39,771 nucleotides of DNA from an uncultured Gammaproteobacteria bacterium (GTDB lineage Bacteria; Pseudomonadota; Gammaproteobacteria; SZUA-140): contig CAYRLE010000003.1 in the NCBI GenBank assembly GCA_964425105.1, positions 4,071-43,841 on the forward strand, given 5' to 3'. Shown piece by piece: positions 27,865 to 38,215 of the stretch. A program made the position numbers and the translations under genes. The notes beneath the pieces were generated by a model, which was given only the letters and a program-made list of their open reading frames with translations, was not told the origin of the DNA and did not search any database. How positions within the stretch are numbered: the first letter of the stretch is position 1; each line of letters starts with the position of its first letter.

Positions 27865-29346
27865 ATGAAATACAAAGACCTGCGCGACTTCATCCGGCAG
27901 CTGGAGCAGCAGGGCGAGCTGCAGCGCATCGCCCTGGAGGTGGACCCTCATCTTGAAATGACCGAGATCTGCGACCGCACCCTGCGCCTTGGTGGCCCGG
28001 CATTGCTGTTCGAGAACCCCAAGGGCTGCGACATCCCGGTGCTGGCCAATCTCTTCGGCACGCCACGCCGGGTGGCGCTGGGGATGGGGGAAGATTCGGT
28101 GGAGGCCCTGCGCGAGGTAGGCAAGCTGCTGGCCTATCTCAAGGAACCGGAGCCGCCCAAGGGCTTCAAGGACGTGTGGGGCAAGCTGCCCATCCTCAAG
28201 CAGGTGATGAACATGTCGCCGCGGGTGGTGGGCAAGGCGCCCTGCCAGGCCCATGTCCTGGAGGGCGAGGCCGTGGATCTCTCGCGGCTGCCCATCCAGA
28301 CCTGCTGGCCGGGGGACGCAGGGCCCCTCATCACCTGGGCCCTGGTGGTGACCCGCGGCCCCCGCAAGGAGCGCCAGAACTTAGGCATCTACCGCCAGCA
28401 GGTGATCGGCCCCAACAAGGTGATCATGCGCTGGCTGTCCCACCGCGGGGGGGCGCTGGACTTCCGCGACTGGCAGGCGGCCCACCCCGGCGAGCCCTTT
28501 CCGGTGGCGGTGGCCCTGGGGGCCGACCCCGCCACCATCCTGGGAGCGGTGACGCCGGTGCCCGATACCCTGTCGGAATACGCCTTCGCCGCCCTGCTGC
28601 GCGGCGACAAGACCGAAGTGACGAAGTGCCTGGGCTCGGACCTGCAGGTGCCGGCGGCCGCCGAGTTCGTATTGGAGGGGCATATCCACCCTGGTGAGGC
28701 CGCGCCGGAGGGGCCCTTCGGCGACCACACCGGCTATTACAACGAGGTGGAAAACTTCCCCGTGTTCACCATTGAGCGCATCACCCACCGCGACCATCCC
28801 ATCTATCACAGCACCTACACCGGCCGCCCCCCAGATGAACCGGCGGTGCTGGGGGTGGCGCTCAACGAGGTCTTCGTGCCCATCCTGCAGAAGCAGTTCC
28901 CGGAGATCACGGATTTCTACCTGCCGCCGGAGGGCTGCTCCTACCGCTTGGCCTGCATCAGCATCAAGAAGCAGTATCCGGGGCATGCCAAGCGGGTGAT
29001 GATGGGTGTGTGGTCCTTTCTGCGCCAGTTCATGTACACCAAGTTCATCATCGTCACCGACGACGACGTGGACATCCGCAACTGGAAGGACGTCATCTGG
29101 GCCATGACCACGCGCATGGACCCGGCGCGCGACACCACCGTGGTGGAGCATACCCCCATCGACTACCTGGATTTCGCCTCACCGGTGTCGGGGCTGGGTT
29201 CCAAGATGGGCTTCGACGCCACCAACAAGTGGCCCGGCGAGACCCAGCGCCAGTGGGGCACGCCTATTCGCATGAGCGAGGAGGTGGTGCGGCGGGTGGA
29301 CGAGATGTGGGGGGAATTGGGGATCGGGGGTGCGAGTAATGAGTAA
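27865..29346 (+). CDS. ubiD: 4-hydroxy-3-polyprenylbenzoate decarboxylase
   Basis: [65 protein letters not shown]. Confidence 0.97.
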   Translation: MKYKDLRDFIRQLEQQGELQRIALEVDPHLEMTEICDRTLRLGGPALLFENPKGCDIPVLANLFGTPRRVALGMGEDSVEALREVGKLLAYLKEPEPPKGFKDVWGKLPILKQVMNMSPRVVGKAPCQAHVLEGEAVDLSRLPIQTCWPGDAGPLITWALVVTRGPRKERQNLGIYRQQVIGPNKVIMRWLSHRGGALDFRDWQAAHPGEPFPVAVALGADPATILGAVTPVPDTLSEYAFAALLRGDKTEVTKCLGSDLQVPAAAEFVLEGHIHPGEAAPEGPFGDHTGYYNEVENFPVFTIERITHRDHPIYHSTYTGRPPDEPAVLGVALNEVFVPILQKQFPEITDFYLPPEGCSYRLACISIKKQYPGHAKRVMMGVWSFLRQFMYTKFIIVTDDDVDIRNWKDVIWAMTTRMDPARDTTVVEHTPIDYLDFASPVSGLGSKMGFDATNKWPGETQRQWGTPIRMSEEVVRRVDEMWGELGIGGASNE

Positions 29347-29420
29347 TGAGTAATGGGTGATGAGTTGGGGAATAGTGCGGAAACCCATCACCCATTACTC
29401 ATCACGCATTACTCATTACC
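29335..29420. repeat. Heptamer inverted-repeat hairpin overlapping the ubiD stop codon
   Basis: agtaatg x3-ggtgatg (29335-29362) ... catcacc-cattact-catcacg-cattact-cattacc (29386-29420). Confidence 0.92.
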
Positions 29421-29572
29421 TTCTCTCAGAAAACCACCCAGTCACACCCAAAAAAATCCCTTACTTGACAATCTCTTAACGCCGCCACACCCCCGGCGTA
29501 AGAATAAACGCCGGATGCCGATAAATAGTTATGGGGTAGCACGGCTACCCGCTATACGGTGACGATGAATCC

Positions 29573-30769
29573 ATGTTTTGGTGGCTGAAAAAGGAGCAGG
29601 CTCCGCCCAAGATCGCCCTGGTGCTGCCGGGAGGTGGAGCGCGTGCGGCCTATCAGGTGGGGGTGCTGCGGGCCGTGGCACGCCTGCTGCCCAAGGATGC
29701 CCCCCTGCCCTTCCCCATCGTCACCGGCACTTCCGCTGGGTCCATCAATGCCACGGCCCTGGCCATTCATGCCCGGCAGTTTCGCAGAGGGGTGCTGCGC
29801 ATCAGCCGGGTGTGGGAAAATTTCCATGTCAATCAAGTGTTTCGCGCCGACACCCTGGGACTGATGAAGACTGGCGCCCACTGGATGGCGGCTCTCACGC
29901 TGGGCGGCCTGGGCAAATACAATCCCTACTCCCTGCTGGACCGCAGCCCATTGTATCCCCTACTGGAGCGCTACATTCCCACCCACCTCATCCAGAAGTC
30001 CATCGATAGCGGGGCCCTCCATGCCCTGGGGGTGACGGCCAGCAGTTACAAATCCGGTCATTCGGTCACCTTCTACCAGGGGGTGGAGGAACTGCAGCCC
30101 TGGGACCGGCAGCGCCGCCTGGGGACGCCGGCGCGCATCACCCTGGATCATCTCATGGCCTCCTCGGCCATCCCCTTCATCTTTTCCGCCATCGAGGTGG
30201 ACGGGGAATACTACGGCGATGGCTCCATGCGCCAGATCGCGCCCCTGAGCCCGGCGCTCCATCTCGGCGCCAATAAGATTTTCGTGGTGGGCATTCGCAA
30301 ACAATATAATGGGACGGATGACGAGGAGGAGGACATCTGCTACCCCACACTGGCGGAGATCGCCAGCAATGTGCTGAGCAGCATCTTCCTGGACAGCCTG
30401 GACACGGATCTGGAACGGCTGGAGCGCATCAACAAGACCATCAGCCTCATCCCCGACCGCCGCCTGGAACAGGGCGGTGTCACCCTGCGCCCCATCGATG
30501 TGCTGAGCATCTCCCCCAGCCAGAGCATCGACCGCATCGCCGGGCGCCATGCCCACCTGCTGCCCCGCCCCCTGCGCTACCTGCTGCGGGGGGTGGGCGC
30601 CTACGGCAGACACGGCGCCACCCTGCTGAGCTACCTGCTGTTCGAGCGCGCCTTCTGCCGGGATCTCATCGCCCTGGGCTACCACGATGCCATGGCCGCG
30701 AGAGAGGATATCGTCCGCTTCCTGGAACTGGACAACGAGGAACAGGAGGCCGCCGCCTGTCAAGGTTGA
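29573..30769 (+). CDS. Patatin-like phospholipase
   Basis: Oxyanion motif GGGARAAYQVG, nucleophile elbow GTSAG, ASSAIP and catalytic-Asp motif DGS. Confidence 0.92.
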   Translation: MFWWLKKEQAPPKIALVLPGGGARAAYQVGVLRAVARLLPKDAPLPFPIVTGTSAGSINATALAIHARQFRRGVLRISRVWENFHVNQVFRADTLGLMKTGAHWMAALTLGGLGKYNPYSLLDRSPLYPLLERYIPTHLIQKSIDSGALHALGVTASSYKSGHSVTFYQGVEELQPWDRQRRLGTPARITLDHLMASSAIPFIFSAIEVDGEYYGDGSMRQIAPLSPALHLGANKIFVVGIRKQYNGTDDEEEDICYPTLAEIASNVLSSIFLDSLDTDLERLERINKTISLIPDRRLEQGGVTLRPIDVLSISPSQSIDRIAGRHAHLLPRPLRYLLRGVGAYGRHGATLLSYLLFERAFCRDLIALGYHDAMAAREDIVRFLELDNEEQEAAACQG

Positions 30770-30847
30770 GGGCGATCACCCAGGTCTCACAAGCAATCCC
30801 TCACGTTGGCATTCGCCGCCATGAGACACAAGAATTATTATTAAAAA

Positions 30848-31216
30848 TCAGGTGACTGCCGTTGTAGCCCTGAAAGGCAGCACCTTGGCCTTGGGGGCAT
30901 CCCCACTGCTCAGCGGCTCCGCGGCCTTGCCGTTGAGGGCATCCAGGAGGCCGTTGTCGCCATACACGGAATGCCACATCATTTTATAGATGCGCAGAAA
31001 GGACTGGGTGGGATTGCGACTCTGGCTGCGCTCCATCTCGATGCGCCACTGCAGGCCGGTGAGGCGCTGGCGCATCTGGGGCGGGGCCTGGGAGATGGCG
31101 GCCTCGATGGCCGCGCGGCGTTTGCGCTCGAAGGCTTCCGGATCGGTCTCCGCCAGGGCCTTCCATGCATCGAAGTCGAAATGGTCTGGTTTCCTGTTGC
31201 TGTTTTTCTTGCTCAT
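30848..31216 (-). CDS. DUF3135-like small protein
   Basis: FDAWKALAETDPEAFE..R...I.......RQRLTGLQWRIE pattern; SD GGAGA upstream of the ATG at 31216. Confidence 0.75.
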   Translation of the reverse strand: MSKKNSNRKPDHFDFDAWKALAETDPEAFERKRRAAIEAAISQAPPQMRQRLTGLQWRIEMERSQSRNPTQSFLRIYKMMWHSVYGDNGLLDALNGKAAEPLSSGDAPKAKVLPFRATTAVT

Positions 31217-31421
31217 ATGGATCTCTCCACTTGTCAACTATTTGATAGCATAAGGATATGCAAAAGTCTTTGTATTGTAACACATTTTGCCCTAAAGGGC
31301 ATCTGGCGCACACCGCCGCCAGGGTACCTGAAAACTGTCAACACTCTGTTTTTTATTATTTTTGTTTACAATGCCAGGACAAGCGACAGAGAATGCGCCA
31401 CACCTGTGATGAGAATGGGAC

Positions 31422-32861
31422 TCATGGAAAAAGGGGTCGCAGCAGGCTGACCATGGCCACGATGAGCAGGGGCATGGTGAGATTGAGCGCCAGGCCGGCG
31501 CGTACCATGGCCTTCATGGGGATGCGTTCCGTGCCGAAGACGATGGCGTTGGGGGGCGTGGCCACCGGCAGCATGAAGGCGCAGGAGGCGCTCAGGGTCG
31601 CGGCCATGAGCAGCAGGGTGATGTCCAGCTGGTTGCCCAGGGCCACTGCCGCCAGGATGGGCAGCATCACCTGGGTGATGGCGGTGTTGCTGGTGATCTC
31701 GGTGAGAAAGGTCATGAGCAGGGCGATGAGGATCAGCATCAGTGGCAAAGGGATGGCAGCAAAGCCGTGGAGCTGCTCTCCAAGCCATTGGGAGAGACCC
31801 GACTGCTGCATGCCGGTGGCCAGGGCGAAGCCGCCGCCCAGCAGGATCAGGATGCCCCAGGGCAGACGCCCGAAGGCCTCCTTGCCCAGGATGGGCCGGC
31901 CCTCGGCGCCGGGCAGCAGAAACAGGCTCAGCGCCCCCGCCACCGCCACGGTGCCATCGTCCACACCCGGATAGGGCAACAGGCTGCTCCAGCCGGGAAT
32001 GGCGAAACTCTCCCCCTGAATGCCCTTGCGGGTCATCCAGGCCAGCGCCGTCAGTCCCAACACCCAGGCCACGAAGTGCTCCTCGCGGCGCATGGACCCC
32101 AGGGCACGGCGCTCCCCCTCCAGGCTGTCCGCCGCCACGGCGGCAGCCCAGGGCATGCCGCGCACGCGCCGTGCGAACAAGCCCACCACCAGGGCCAGGC
32201 CGGCCAGCACCACGGGGATGCCCACCATCATCCACTGCATGAAACTGGGCTTGAGGGCCGGGGCCTGGGCCTCGAGGATCTCCAGCAACACCAGATTGGG
32301 CACCGTGCCCACCGGCGTCCCCATGCCGCCGATGTTGGCGGCATAGGCGATGATCAACAGCAGGCTGGCAGCAAAGCCGCCCGCCACGGCGCCGCTGTCG
32401 TGGTTGAGGCGGCTCAGCACCGCAAGCCCCACCGTCACCATGAGCATGGTGGTGGCGGTGTTGGAGATCCACAGGGAGAGAAAGGCGGTGGCTACGGCGA
32501 AGCCTGTGAGGATCTGCAGCGGGCTGGCGTGCCAGCGCGACAGAATGGCCAGGGCGATGCGCCGGTGCAGGCCGGTGCGCTCCAGGGCCTGGGCGATGAG
32601 AAAACCGCCGATGAACAGGAACATGATGCTGGTCATGTAGCGGGGGGCGATCTCGCGGGCCGTGGCGATACCCGTCAGGGGCAGGGCCAGCAGGGGCAGC
32701 AGGGCGGTGACCGCCAGGGGTACGCACTCGCTGATCCACCAGATGGCCATCCACAGGGCGATGCCGGCCATGGCCGGTGCCTGGGGATGCTCGGGCGTCT
32801 CCAGGAGCAGGGGCAGGAGCACGCCCGCCAGGGGGCCGAGGAAGAGGGCGCTGCGTTTCAT
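31422..32861 (-). CDS. SLC13/DASS family Na+/anion (dicarboxylate or sulfate) symporter
   Basis: WISNTATT, ANIGGMGTPVGTVPN, TEITSNTA, AFMLPVATPPNAIVF. Confidence 0.93.
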   Translation of the reverse strand: MKRSALFLGPLAGVLLPLLLETPEHPQAPAMAGIALWMAIWWISECVPLAVTALLPLLALPLTGIATAREIAPRYMTSIMFLFIGGFLIAQALERTGLHRRIALAILSRWHASPLQILTGFAVATAFLSLWISNTATTMLMVTVGLAVLSRLNHDSGAVAGGFAASLLLIIAYAANIGGMGTPVGTVPNLVLLEILEAQAPALKPSFMQWMMVGIPVVLAGLALVVGLFARRVRGMPWAAAVAADSLEGERRALGSMRREEHFVAWVLGLTALAWMTRKGIQGESFAIPGWSSLLPYPGVDDGTVAVAGALSLFLLPGAEGRPILGKEAFGRLPWGILILLGGGFALATGMQQSGLSQWLGEQLHGFAAIPLPLMLILIALLMTFLTEITSNTAITQVMLPILAAVALGNQLDITLLLMAATLSASCAFMLPVATPPNAIVFGTERIPMKAMVRAGLALNLTMPLLIVAMVSLLRPLFP

Positions 32862-32912
32862 TATTATTTTATGGTTATAAGTGTGTTACAGATGGTAGCA
32901 GCTACCCCACCC

Positions 32913-33515
32913 TCAGGCGACTGCCGGCAGGCCCGCGATGAAGTCGCGGATGCCGCGCATGATCATGCTCACCGCCACCAGGTTGAGCAGCAGGCCCATG
33001 AACTTCTCCAGGGCGTTGAGGCCGCGCTGCCCCAGGGCCTGGCTGAGGCGCCGCCCCGGCAGAAACACCAGGCAGGCCAGCAGAAAGACGATGCCCAGAG
33101 CGGACAACACCATGTCCAGGGGCAGCTGTTCCTTGGTGCGCAACACGATGAGGGCGGTGATGGTAGAGGGCCCCGCGATGGAGGGCACGGCGATGGGCAC
33201 CAGGATGGGATTGTCGCTGTAGTCGTCGGCAAAGATCTCGCGGGCGGACTTGAAGATCATTTTCAGGGAGATGATGAACAGGATGATGCCGCCGGCGATA
33301 CTCAGCGACCAGGGATCGATGCTGAGATAGTGCAGCATGGCGCCACCGAACAGGGCGAACAGCAGCAGCACCAGGAAGGCCAGCCCCAGTTCGCGCAACA
33401 CGGCCCTGGTATAGGCGGCGGCGTCCAGGCGCGAGAGCACGGTGACGACGAAAGGCAGGTTGCCGAAGGGGTCGATGACCAGGAACAGCAGCAGCGTGAT
33501 TTCGATCAGATCCAT
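32913..33515 (-). CDS. MarC family inner-membrane protein
   Basis: LVIDPFGNLP, IAGGIILF, VPIAVPSIAGP, EKFMGLLL. Confidence 0.92.
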   Translation of the reverse strand: MDLIEITLLLFLVIDPFGNLPFVVTVLSRLDAAAYTRAVLRELGLAFLVLLLFALFGGAMLHYLSIDPWSLSIAGGIILFIISLKMIFKSAREIFADDYSDNPILVPIAVPSIAGPSTITALIVLRTKEQLPLDMVLSALGIVFLLACLVFLPGRRLSQALGQRGLNALEKFMGLLLNLVAVSMIMRGIRDFIAGLPAVA

Positions 33516-33603
33516 AGCTCTAGCGTATCTGATGGAAGGCGCTCAGCATACCCCATCTCCGCGCCGCTTGCCCCGCCTGAAAAAACAGGTGAAGATTGTG
33601 CCT

Positions 33604-33612
33604 TTATCCACA
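33604..33612 (+). promoter_or_regulatory. Consensus DnaA box
   Basis: Exact TTATCCACA in the marC/dapF divergent region. Function not demonstrated. Confidence 0.4.
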
Positions 33613-33635
33613 AGCCCTGCGGGGAATGACAAACA

Positions 33636-34466
33636 ATGCCACTCCAATTCACCAAGATGCACGGCCTGGGCAATGACTTCGTGGTCATCGACGCCATCCG
33701 CCAGCAGGTCTGCCTGAGTCCGGCGCAGATCCGCTTCCTGGCGGACCGCCATTTCGGCGTGGGCTGCGACCAGGTGCTGCTCATCGAGACCGCCACCCGC
33801 CCCGGGGCGGACTTCCGCTACCGTATCTTCAATCCCGACGGCGGCGAGGTGGGGGCCTGCGGCAACGGCGCGCGCTGCTTCGCCCGCTATGTCCACGAAC
33901 GGGGCCTGACGGACAAACGCGAGTTGGTGCTGGAGACCCTGGGCGGGCTGATCCGCGCCACCCTCCTGAACGACGGGCGGGTGCGCGTGGACATGGGCGT
34001 GCCGTGCTTCGCCCCCGCGGACATCCCCTTCCGCGCCCCCGCCGCCGCGCTCCTCTACTCCCTGGAGGTGGCAGGAAAGACTTGGGACATCAGCGTGTTG
34101 GCGCTGGGTAATCCCCATGCTGTACTCCTGGTGGACGACGTGGATCAGGCACCGGTGGCGCAACTGGGGCCCCTCATCGAGGGCCACGAGCGTTTCCCGC
34201 AACGGGTCAATGTGGGCTTCCTGCAGATCGTGGACCGCGGCCATGCCCGGCTGCGGGTCTTTGAGCGCGGCGCCGGCGAGACCCTGGCCTGCGGCAGCGG
34301 CGCCTGCGCCGCAGCCGTTGCGGGCATGCGCCGCGGCCTGCTGGACAGGGAGGTGAGCATCGAACTGCCCGGCGGCAGCCTGACCATAACATGGCCAGGG
34401 GAAGGTCATTCCGTTATGATGACGGGACCGGCAACATTCGTCTTCGAGGGCACAGTGGAATTATGA
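33636..34466 (+). CDS. dapF: Diaminopimelate epimerase
   Basis: [39 protein letters not shown]. Confidence 0.98.
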   Translation: MPLQFTKMHGLGNDFVVIDAIRQQVCLSPAQIRFLADRHFGVGCDQVLLIETATRPGADFRYRIFNPDGGEVGACGNGARCFARYVHERGLTDKRELVLETLGGLIRATLLNDGRVRVDMGVPCFAPADIPFRAPAAALLYSLEVAGKTWDISVLALGNPHAVLLVDDVDQAPVAQLGPLIEGHERFPQRVNVGFLQIVDRGHARLRVFERGAGETLACGSGACAAAVAGMRRGLLDREVSIELPGGSLTITWPGEGHSVMMTGPATFVFEGTVEL

Positions 34467-35185
34467 ACACCCCATGCGACCAGGCAGAAACCGTCGATGA
34501 ACAGGCGGTGGTGGACTATCTGAGCCGCCATCCCGACTTCTTCGTCAAGCACGGCGTACTGCTGGGCGAACTGGAGTTGCCCCACGAAACGGGCGCCGCC
34601 ACCTCCCTCATCGAACGCCAGGTGGCCGTGCTGCGCCACCACAACCGCCAGTACCGGGACCAACTCCAGGAACTGGTGCGCATCGCCCAGGACAACGACA
34701 AGCTCATCGAGCGTCTCCAGCAACTCACCCTGGCGTTGCTGGACACCGACGAGCTGAGGGAGGTCGTCGGCCTGCTGCGCCAGGCCCTGGCGGCCGATTT
34801 CCATGCCGAAGCGGCAGTATTGCACCTCATGGAGGTGCCAACCGCCCTGCTTGAGGAAGCAGAAACGGACGAGTTCCTGCGCATCGCCGCCCATGACGCG
34901 GCCGATCCCCCGCCCGTCGAGGTGGGCAAGATCGTCGCGCGCTGTCAACCGGTGTGCGGCAAGTTCAGCGACGAAACCCTGGAATACCTGTTTGGTGAAC
35001 AGGCGGCGCCGGTGGCCAGCGCCGCCCTGCTGCCCCTGGACCTGGGGGAAAGCGGGGCCGGCGGCCTGCTGGCCATCGGCAGCCACGACCTGCGGCGTTT
35101 CCATGCCGAGATGGGCACGGCCTATCTGCGCCACATGGGCGAACTCATCGGCCGCAAGCTGCGCCCCCATCTGAGCCGGACCTGA
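34463..35185 (+). CDS. DUF484 (YigA-like) protein
   Basis: [32 protein letters not shown]...MGT.YL; ATGA overlap with dapF; dapF-DUF484-xerC synteny. Confidence 0.9.
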   Translation: MNTPCDQAETVDEQAVVDYLSRHPDFFVKHGVLLGELELPHETGAATSLIERQVAVLRHHNRQYRDQLQELVRIAQDNDKLIERLQQLTLALLDTDELREVVGLLRQALAADFHAEAAVLHLMEVPTALLEEAETDEFLRIAAHDAADPPPVEVGKIVARCQPVCGKFSDETLEYLFGEQAAPVASAALLPLDLGESGAGGLLAIGSHDLRRFHAEMGTAYLRHMGELIGRKLRPHLSRT

Positions 35186-35190
35186 AACCC

Positions 35191-36090
35191 GTGACACTGG
35201 AGGCGTGGCTGGAACGCTTCTTTGCCTATCTCCATGTCGAACGCCGCCTCTCCCCCCATACCCTGGCCGGCTACCGCCGCGACCTGGGGCGCCTGCGACG
35301 CTACTGCGCCGCCCAGGACATCGGTGCCTGGACCCAGCTGGACAACCACCATATCCGGCGCTTTGCCGCGGCCCTCCATCGCGAGGGCCTGAGTGGGCGC
35401 ACCATCCAGCGCCAGCTTTCCGCGCTGCGCTGTTTTTTCGAGTTCCTGATCCGCGAACAAGTGCTGCGCCACAATCCGGCGCATGGTGTGCAGGCCCCCA
35501 AGACGGCCCGCAAGCTCCCTGCGGTGCTGGACGTGGACCAGGTCCAGCAGCTGCTGGAGATCGACGCCGACGATCCCCTGGCGCGCCGCGACCGGGCCAT
35601 CATGGAGTTGTTCTATTCCTCCGGGCTGCGCCTCAGTGAACTGACGGGGCTGGACCTGGAGCACCTGGACCTTAAGGACGGCACGGTAACCGTCACCGGC
35701 AAGGGCCGCAAGACCCGCCTGGTGCCGGTGGGGCGCCACGCCCGCAGCGCCCTGCGGCGCTGGCTGGCGGTGCGTGCCAGCTTCAGCGCCGACCCCAGCC
35801 AGCGCGCCCTGTTCCTGAGCCGGCGCGGCACGCGCCTGGCGCCGGGCAGCCTGCAGCAGCGCCTGAAATACTGGGCCCGGCGCCAGGGCCTGACGTCGCC
35901 CGTCCACCCCCACCTGCTGCGCCACAGCTTCGCCAGCCACCTGCTGGAATCCAGCGGCGACCTGCGCGCGGTGCAGGAACTGCTAGGCCATGCCGACATC
36001 GCCACCACCCAGATCTACACCCATCTCGATTTCCAGCACCTGGCCCAGGTCTACGACGCCAGCCACCCACGCGCCCGGCGGCGGCGCTGA
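35191..36090 (+). CDS. xerC: Tyrosine recombinase XerC
   Basis: [60 protein letters not shown]; canonical synteny. Confidence 0.96.
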   Translation: MTLEAWLERFFAYLHVERRLSPHTLAGYRRDLGRLRRYCAAQDIGAWTQLDNHHIRRFAAALHREGLSGRTIQRQLSALRCFFEFLIREQVLRHNPAHGVQAPKTARKLPAVLDVDQVQQLLEIDADDPLARRDRAIMELFYSSGLRLSELTGLDLEHLDLKDGTVTVTGKGRKTRLVPVGRHARSALRRWLAVRASFSADPSQRALFLSRRGTRLAPGSLQQRLKYWARRQGLTSPVHPHLLRHSFASHLLESSGDLRAVQELLGHADIATTQIYTHLDFQHLAQVYDASHPRARRRR

Positions 36091-36136
36091 TTCTTTGCCA
36101 GGAATTAGGGACGGAAGCCTTCGGTCTTACTAAGAC

Positions 36137-36164
36137 AATTACTCATCACTCATCACTCATCACC
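36137..36164. repeat. Solo pyrimidine-rich heptamer arm
   Basis: aattact-catcact-catcact-catcacc, with no complementary arm in the xerC-hslV gap. Confidence 0.8.
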
Positions 36165-36281
36165 ACCCCACCGAATGCAACTCAACGTTCAGAGGGCGCC
36201 AGCGGCCATCAAGACCTGCACGCCTATCCAACCGCGTTTTGGTGTACAATTTCCGCTCCCTGCAAGAGAAGGAGTGCAAGC

Positions 36282-36830
36282 GTGGAACAATTCCGGGGCA
36301 CCACTATATTATCGGTGCGGCGAGAGGGACAGGTCGTGCTGGGCGGCGACGGCCAGGTTTCCCTGGGCAACACCATCATGAAGGGCAACGCCCGCAAGGT
36401 GCGGCGCCTCTACAACGAGCGCGTGCTGGCGGGTTTCGCCGGCGGCACCGCAGATGCCTTCACTCTCTTCGAGCGCTTCGAGGCCAAGCTGGAGATGTAC
36501 TCGGGCAATCTCACCCGCGCCGCCGTGGAGCTGGCCAAGGACTGGCGCACCGACCGCATGCTGCGGCGCCTGGAGGCGCTGCTGGCGGTGGCCGATCACA
36601 CGGCCTCGCTGATCATCTCCGGCAACGGTGATGTCATCGAACCGGAGCACCAGCTCATGGCCATCGGCTCCGGCGGTCCCTACGCCCAGGCCGCCGCCCG
36701 CGCCCTGCTGGAAAACACCGAACTGGATGCCCGCGCCATCGTGGAAAAGGCCCTGGGCATCGCCGCGGATATCTGCGTCTACAGCAATCACAATGTCACC
36801 ATCGAAGAACTGAAGGGGAGCCAGGATTGA
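36282..36830 (+). CDS. hslV: ATP-dependent protease peptidase subunit
   Basis: GTG start with SD AAGGAG; [31 protein letters not shown]. Confidence 0.97.
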   Translation: MEQFRGTTILSVRREGQVVLGGDGQVSLGNTIMKGNARKVRRLYNERVLAGFAGGTADAFTLFERFEAKLEMYSGNLTRAAVELAKDWRTDRMLRRLEALLAVADHTASLIISGNGDVIEPEHQLMAIGSGGPYAQAAARALLENTELDARAIVEKALGIAADICVYSNHNVTIEELKGSQD

Positions 36831-36832
36831 CC

Positions 36833-38152
36833 ATGTCCGCCATGACACCCAGGGAAATCGTCCAGGAACTGGACAAGCACATCATCGGCCAGGACGCCGC
36901 CAAGCGCGCAGTGGGCATCGCCCTGCGCAACCGCTGGCGCCGCATGCAGGTGCCTGAGGAACTGCGCAACGAGATCAGCCCCAAGAACATTCTCATGATC
37001 GGCCCCACCGGCGTAGGCAAGACCGAAATCGCACGGCGCGTGGCGAAACTGGCCCAGGCGCCCTTCATCAAGGTGGAGGCCAGCAAGTTCACGGAAGTGG
37101 GTTATGTGGGACGCGACGTGGAATCCATCATCCGCGACCTGGTGGACATCTCCATCAAGATGACCCGCGAGCTGGAAATGGAGAAGGTGCGCCACCGCGC
37201 CGAGGAGAGCGCCGAGGACCGCATCCTGGACATCCTGCTGCCGCCGCCGCGGGATGGCGGCAGCGATGAAATGGCGGACACCCGCCAAAAATTCCGCAAG
37301 ATGCTGCGTGAAGGCAAGCTGGACGACAAGGAGATCGAGGTGGAGGTGCGCCTGGCGCCGGTGGGGGTGGAGATCATGACCCCGCCGGGCATGGAGGAGA
37401 TGAGCAGCCAGCTGCAGAACATGTTCCAGAACCTGGCCGGGGAGCGCACCCGCAAACGGCGCCTGCCGGTGAAGAAGGCCTTCAAGCTGCTGTGCGACGA
37501 GGAGGCCGCCAAGCTCATCAACGAGGAAGACATCAAGACCCGCGCCCTGGACAGCGTGGAGCAGAACGGCATCGTGTTCCTGGACGAGATCGACAAGATC
37601 GCGCGCCGCTCCACCGAGCACGGCGGCCCCGACGTCTCCCGCGAGGGTGTGCAGCGCGACCTGCTGCCCCTGGTGGAGGGCTGCACCGTGTCCACCAAAC
37701 ATGGCATGGTGAAAAGCGACCATATCCTGTTCATCGCCTCCGGCGCCTTTCACCTCAGCAAGCCCTCCGACCTGATCCCGGAACTGCAGGGGCGCCTGCC
37801 CATCCGCGTGGAACTGGAGGCGCTGACCGTGGAGGACTTCGTGCGCATCCTCACCGAGCCCGATGCCTCCCTCACCCAGCAGTACCAGGCCCTGATGGCC
37901 ACCGAGGGCGTCGAGTTGGCGTTCAGCAGCGACGGCATCGCGCGCATCGCCGAAATCGCCTGGCAGGTCAACGAACGCACCGAGAACATCGGTGCCCGGC
38001 GCCTGCACACAGTGATGGAGCGGGTCATGGAGACCCTTGCCTTCGAGGCCTCCGACCTGGGCGGCAAGGCCATCACCATCGACGCCGCCTATGTCAACCA
38101 GCACCTGGACCGGCTGGTGCAGGACGAGGATCTGAGCCGGTATATTTTGTGA
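36833..38152 (+). CDS. hslU: ATP-dependent protease ATPase subunit
   Basis: [28 protein letters not shown] pore motif, FLDEIDK, C-terminal DLSRYIL. Confidence 0.98.
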   Translation: MSAMTPREIVQELDKHIIGQDAAKRAVGIALRNRWRRMQVPEELRNEISPKNILMIGPTGVGKTEIARRVAKLAQAPFIKVEASKFTEVGYVGRDVESIIRDLVDISIKMTRELEMEKVRHRAEESAEDRILDILLPPPRDGGSDEMADTRQKFRKMLREGKLDDKEIEVEVRLAPVGVEIMTPPGMEEMSSQLQNMFQNLAGERTRKRRLPVKKAFKLLCDEEAAKLINEEDIKTRALDSVEQNGIVFLDEIDKIARRSTEHGGPDVSREGVQRDLLPLVEGCTVSTKHGMVKSDHILFIASGAFHLSKPSDLIPELQGRLPIRVELEALTVEDFVRILTEPDASLTQQYQALMATEGVELAFSSDGIARIAEIAWQVNERTENIGARRLHTVMERVMETLAFEASDLGGKAITIDAAYVNQHLDRLVQDEDLSRYIL

Positions 38153-38215
38153 GGGTGGGGCTGTCTAATGAACCGCATTGGGTAAGAACGAACGACAGTG
38201 CTCCGTACGCCACAG

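Noticed and set aside
29465-29470. TTGACA as the -35 element of the patatin promoter (also minus-strand TTGACA at 31232-31237 and 31336-31341)
   Set aside because: No acceptable -10 hexamer at 16-18 bp spacing.
29179-29562. Small ORFs and N-terminal extensions rich in [11 protein letters not shown]-like sequence (also 17134-17558, 19650-19733, 38238-38345, 12891-12923)
   Set aside because: These are translations of the stop-free pyrimidine-rich heptamer arms, with no evidence of being real proteins.
35191-36090. Tyrosine recombinase as a phage or island integrase
   Set aside because: Sequence and dapF-DUF484 synteny identify housekeeping XerC; no att sites or cargo genes.
32905-38160. Identical tgagggtgggg at the stops of marC (minus strand) and hslU (plus strand)
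   Set aside because: Only 11 nt, G-rich and including the stop codon; compatible with chance.
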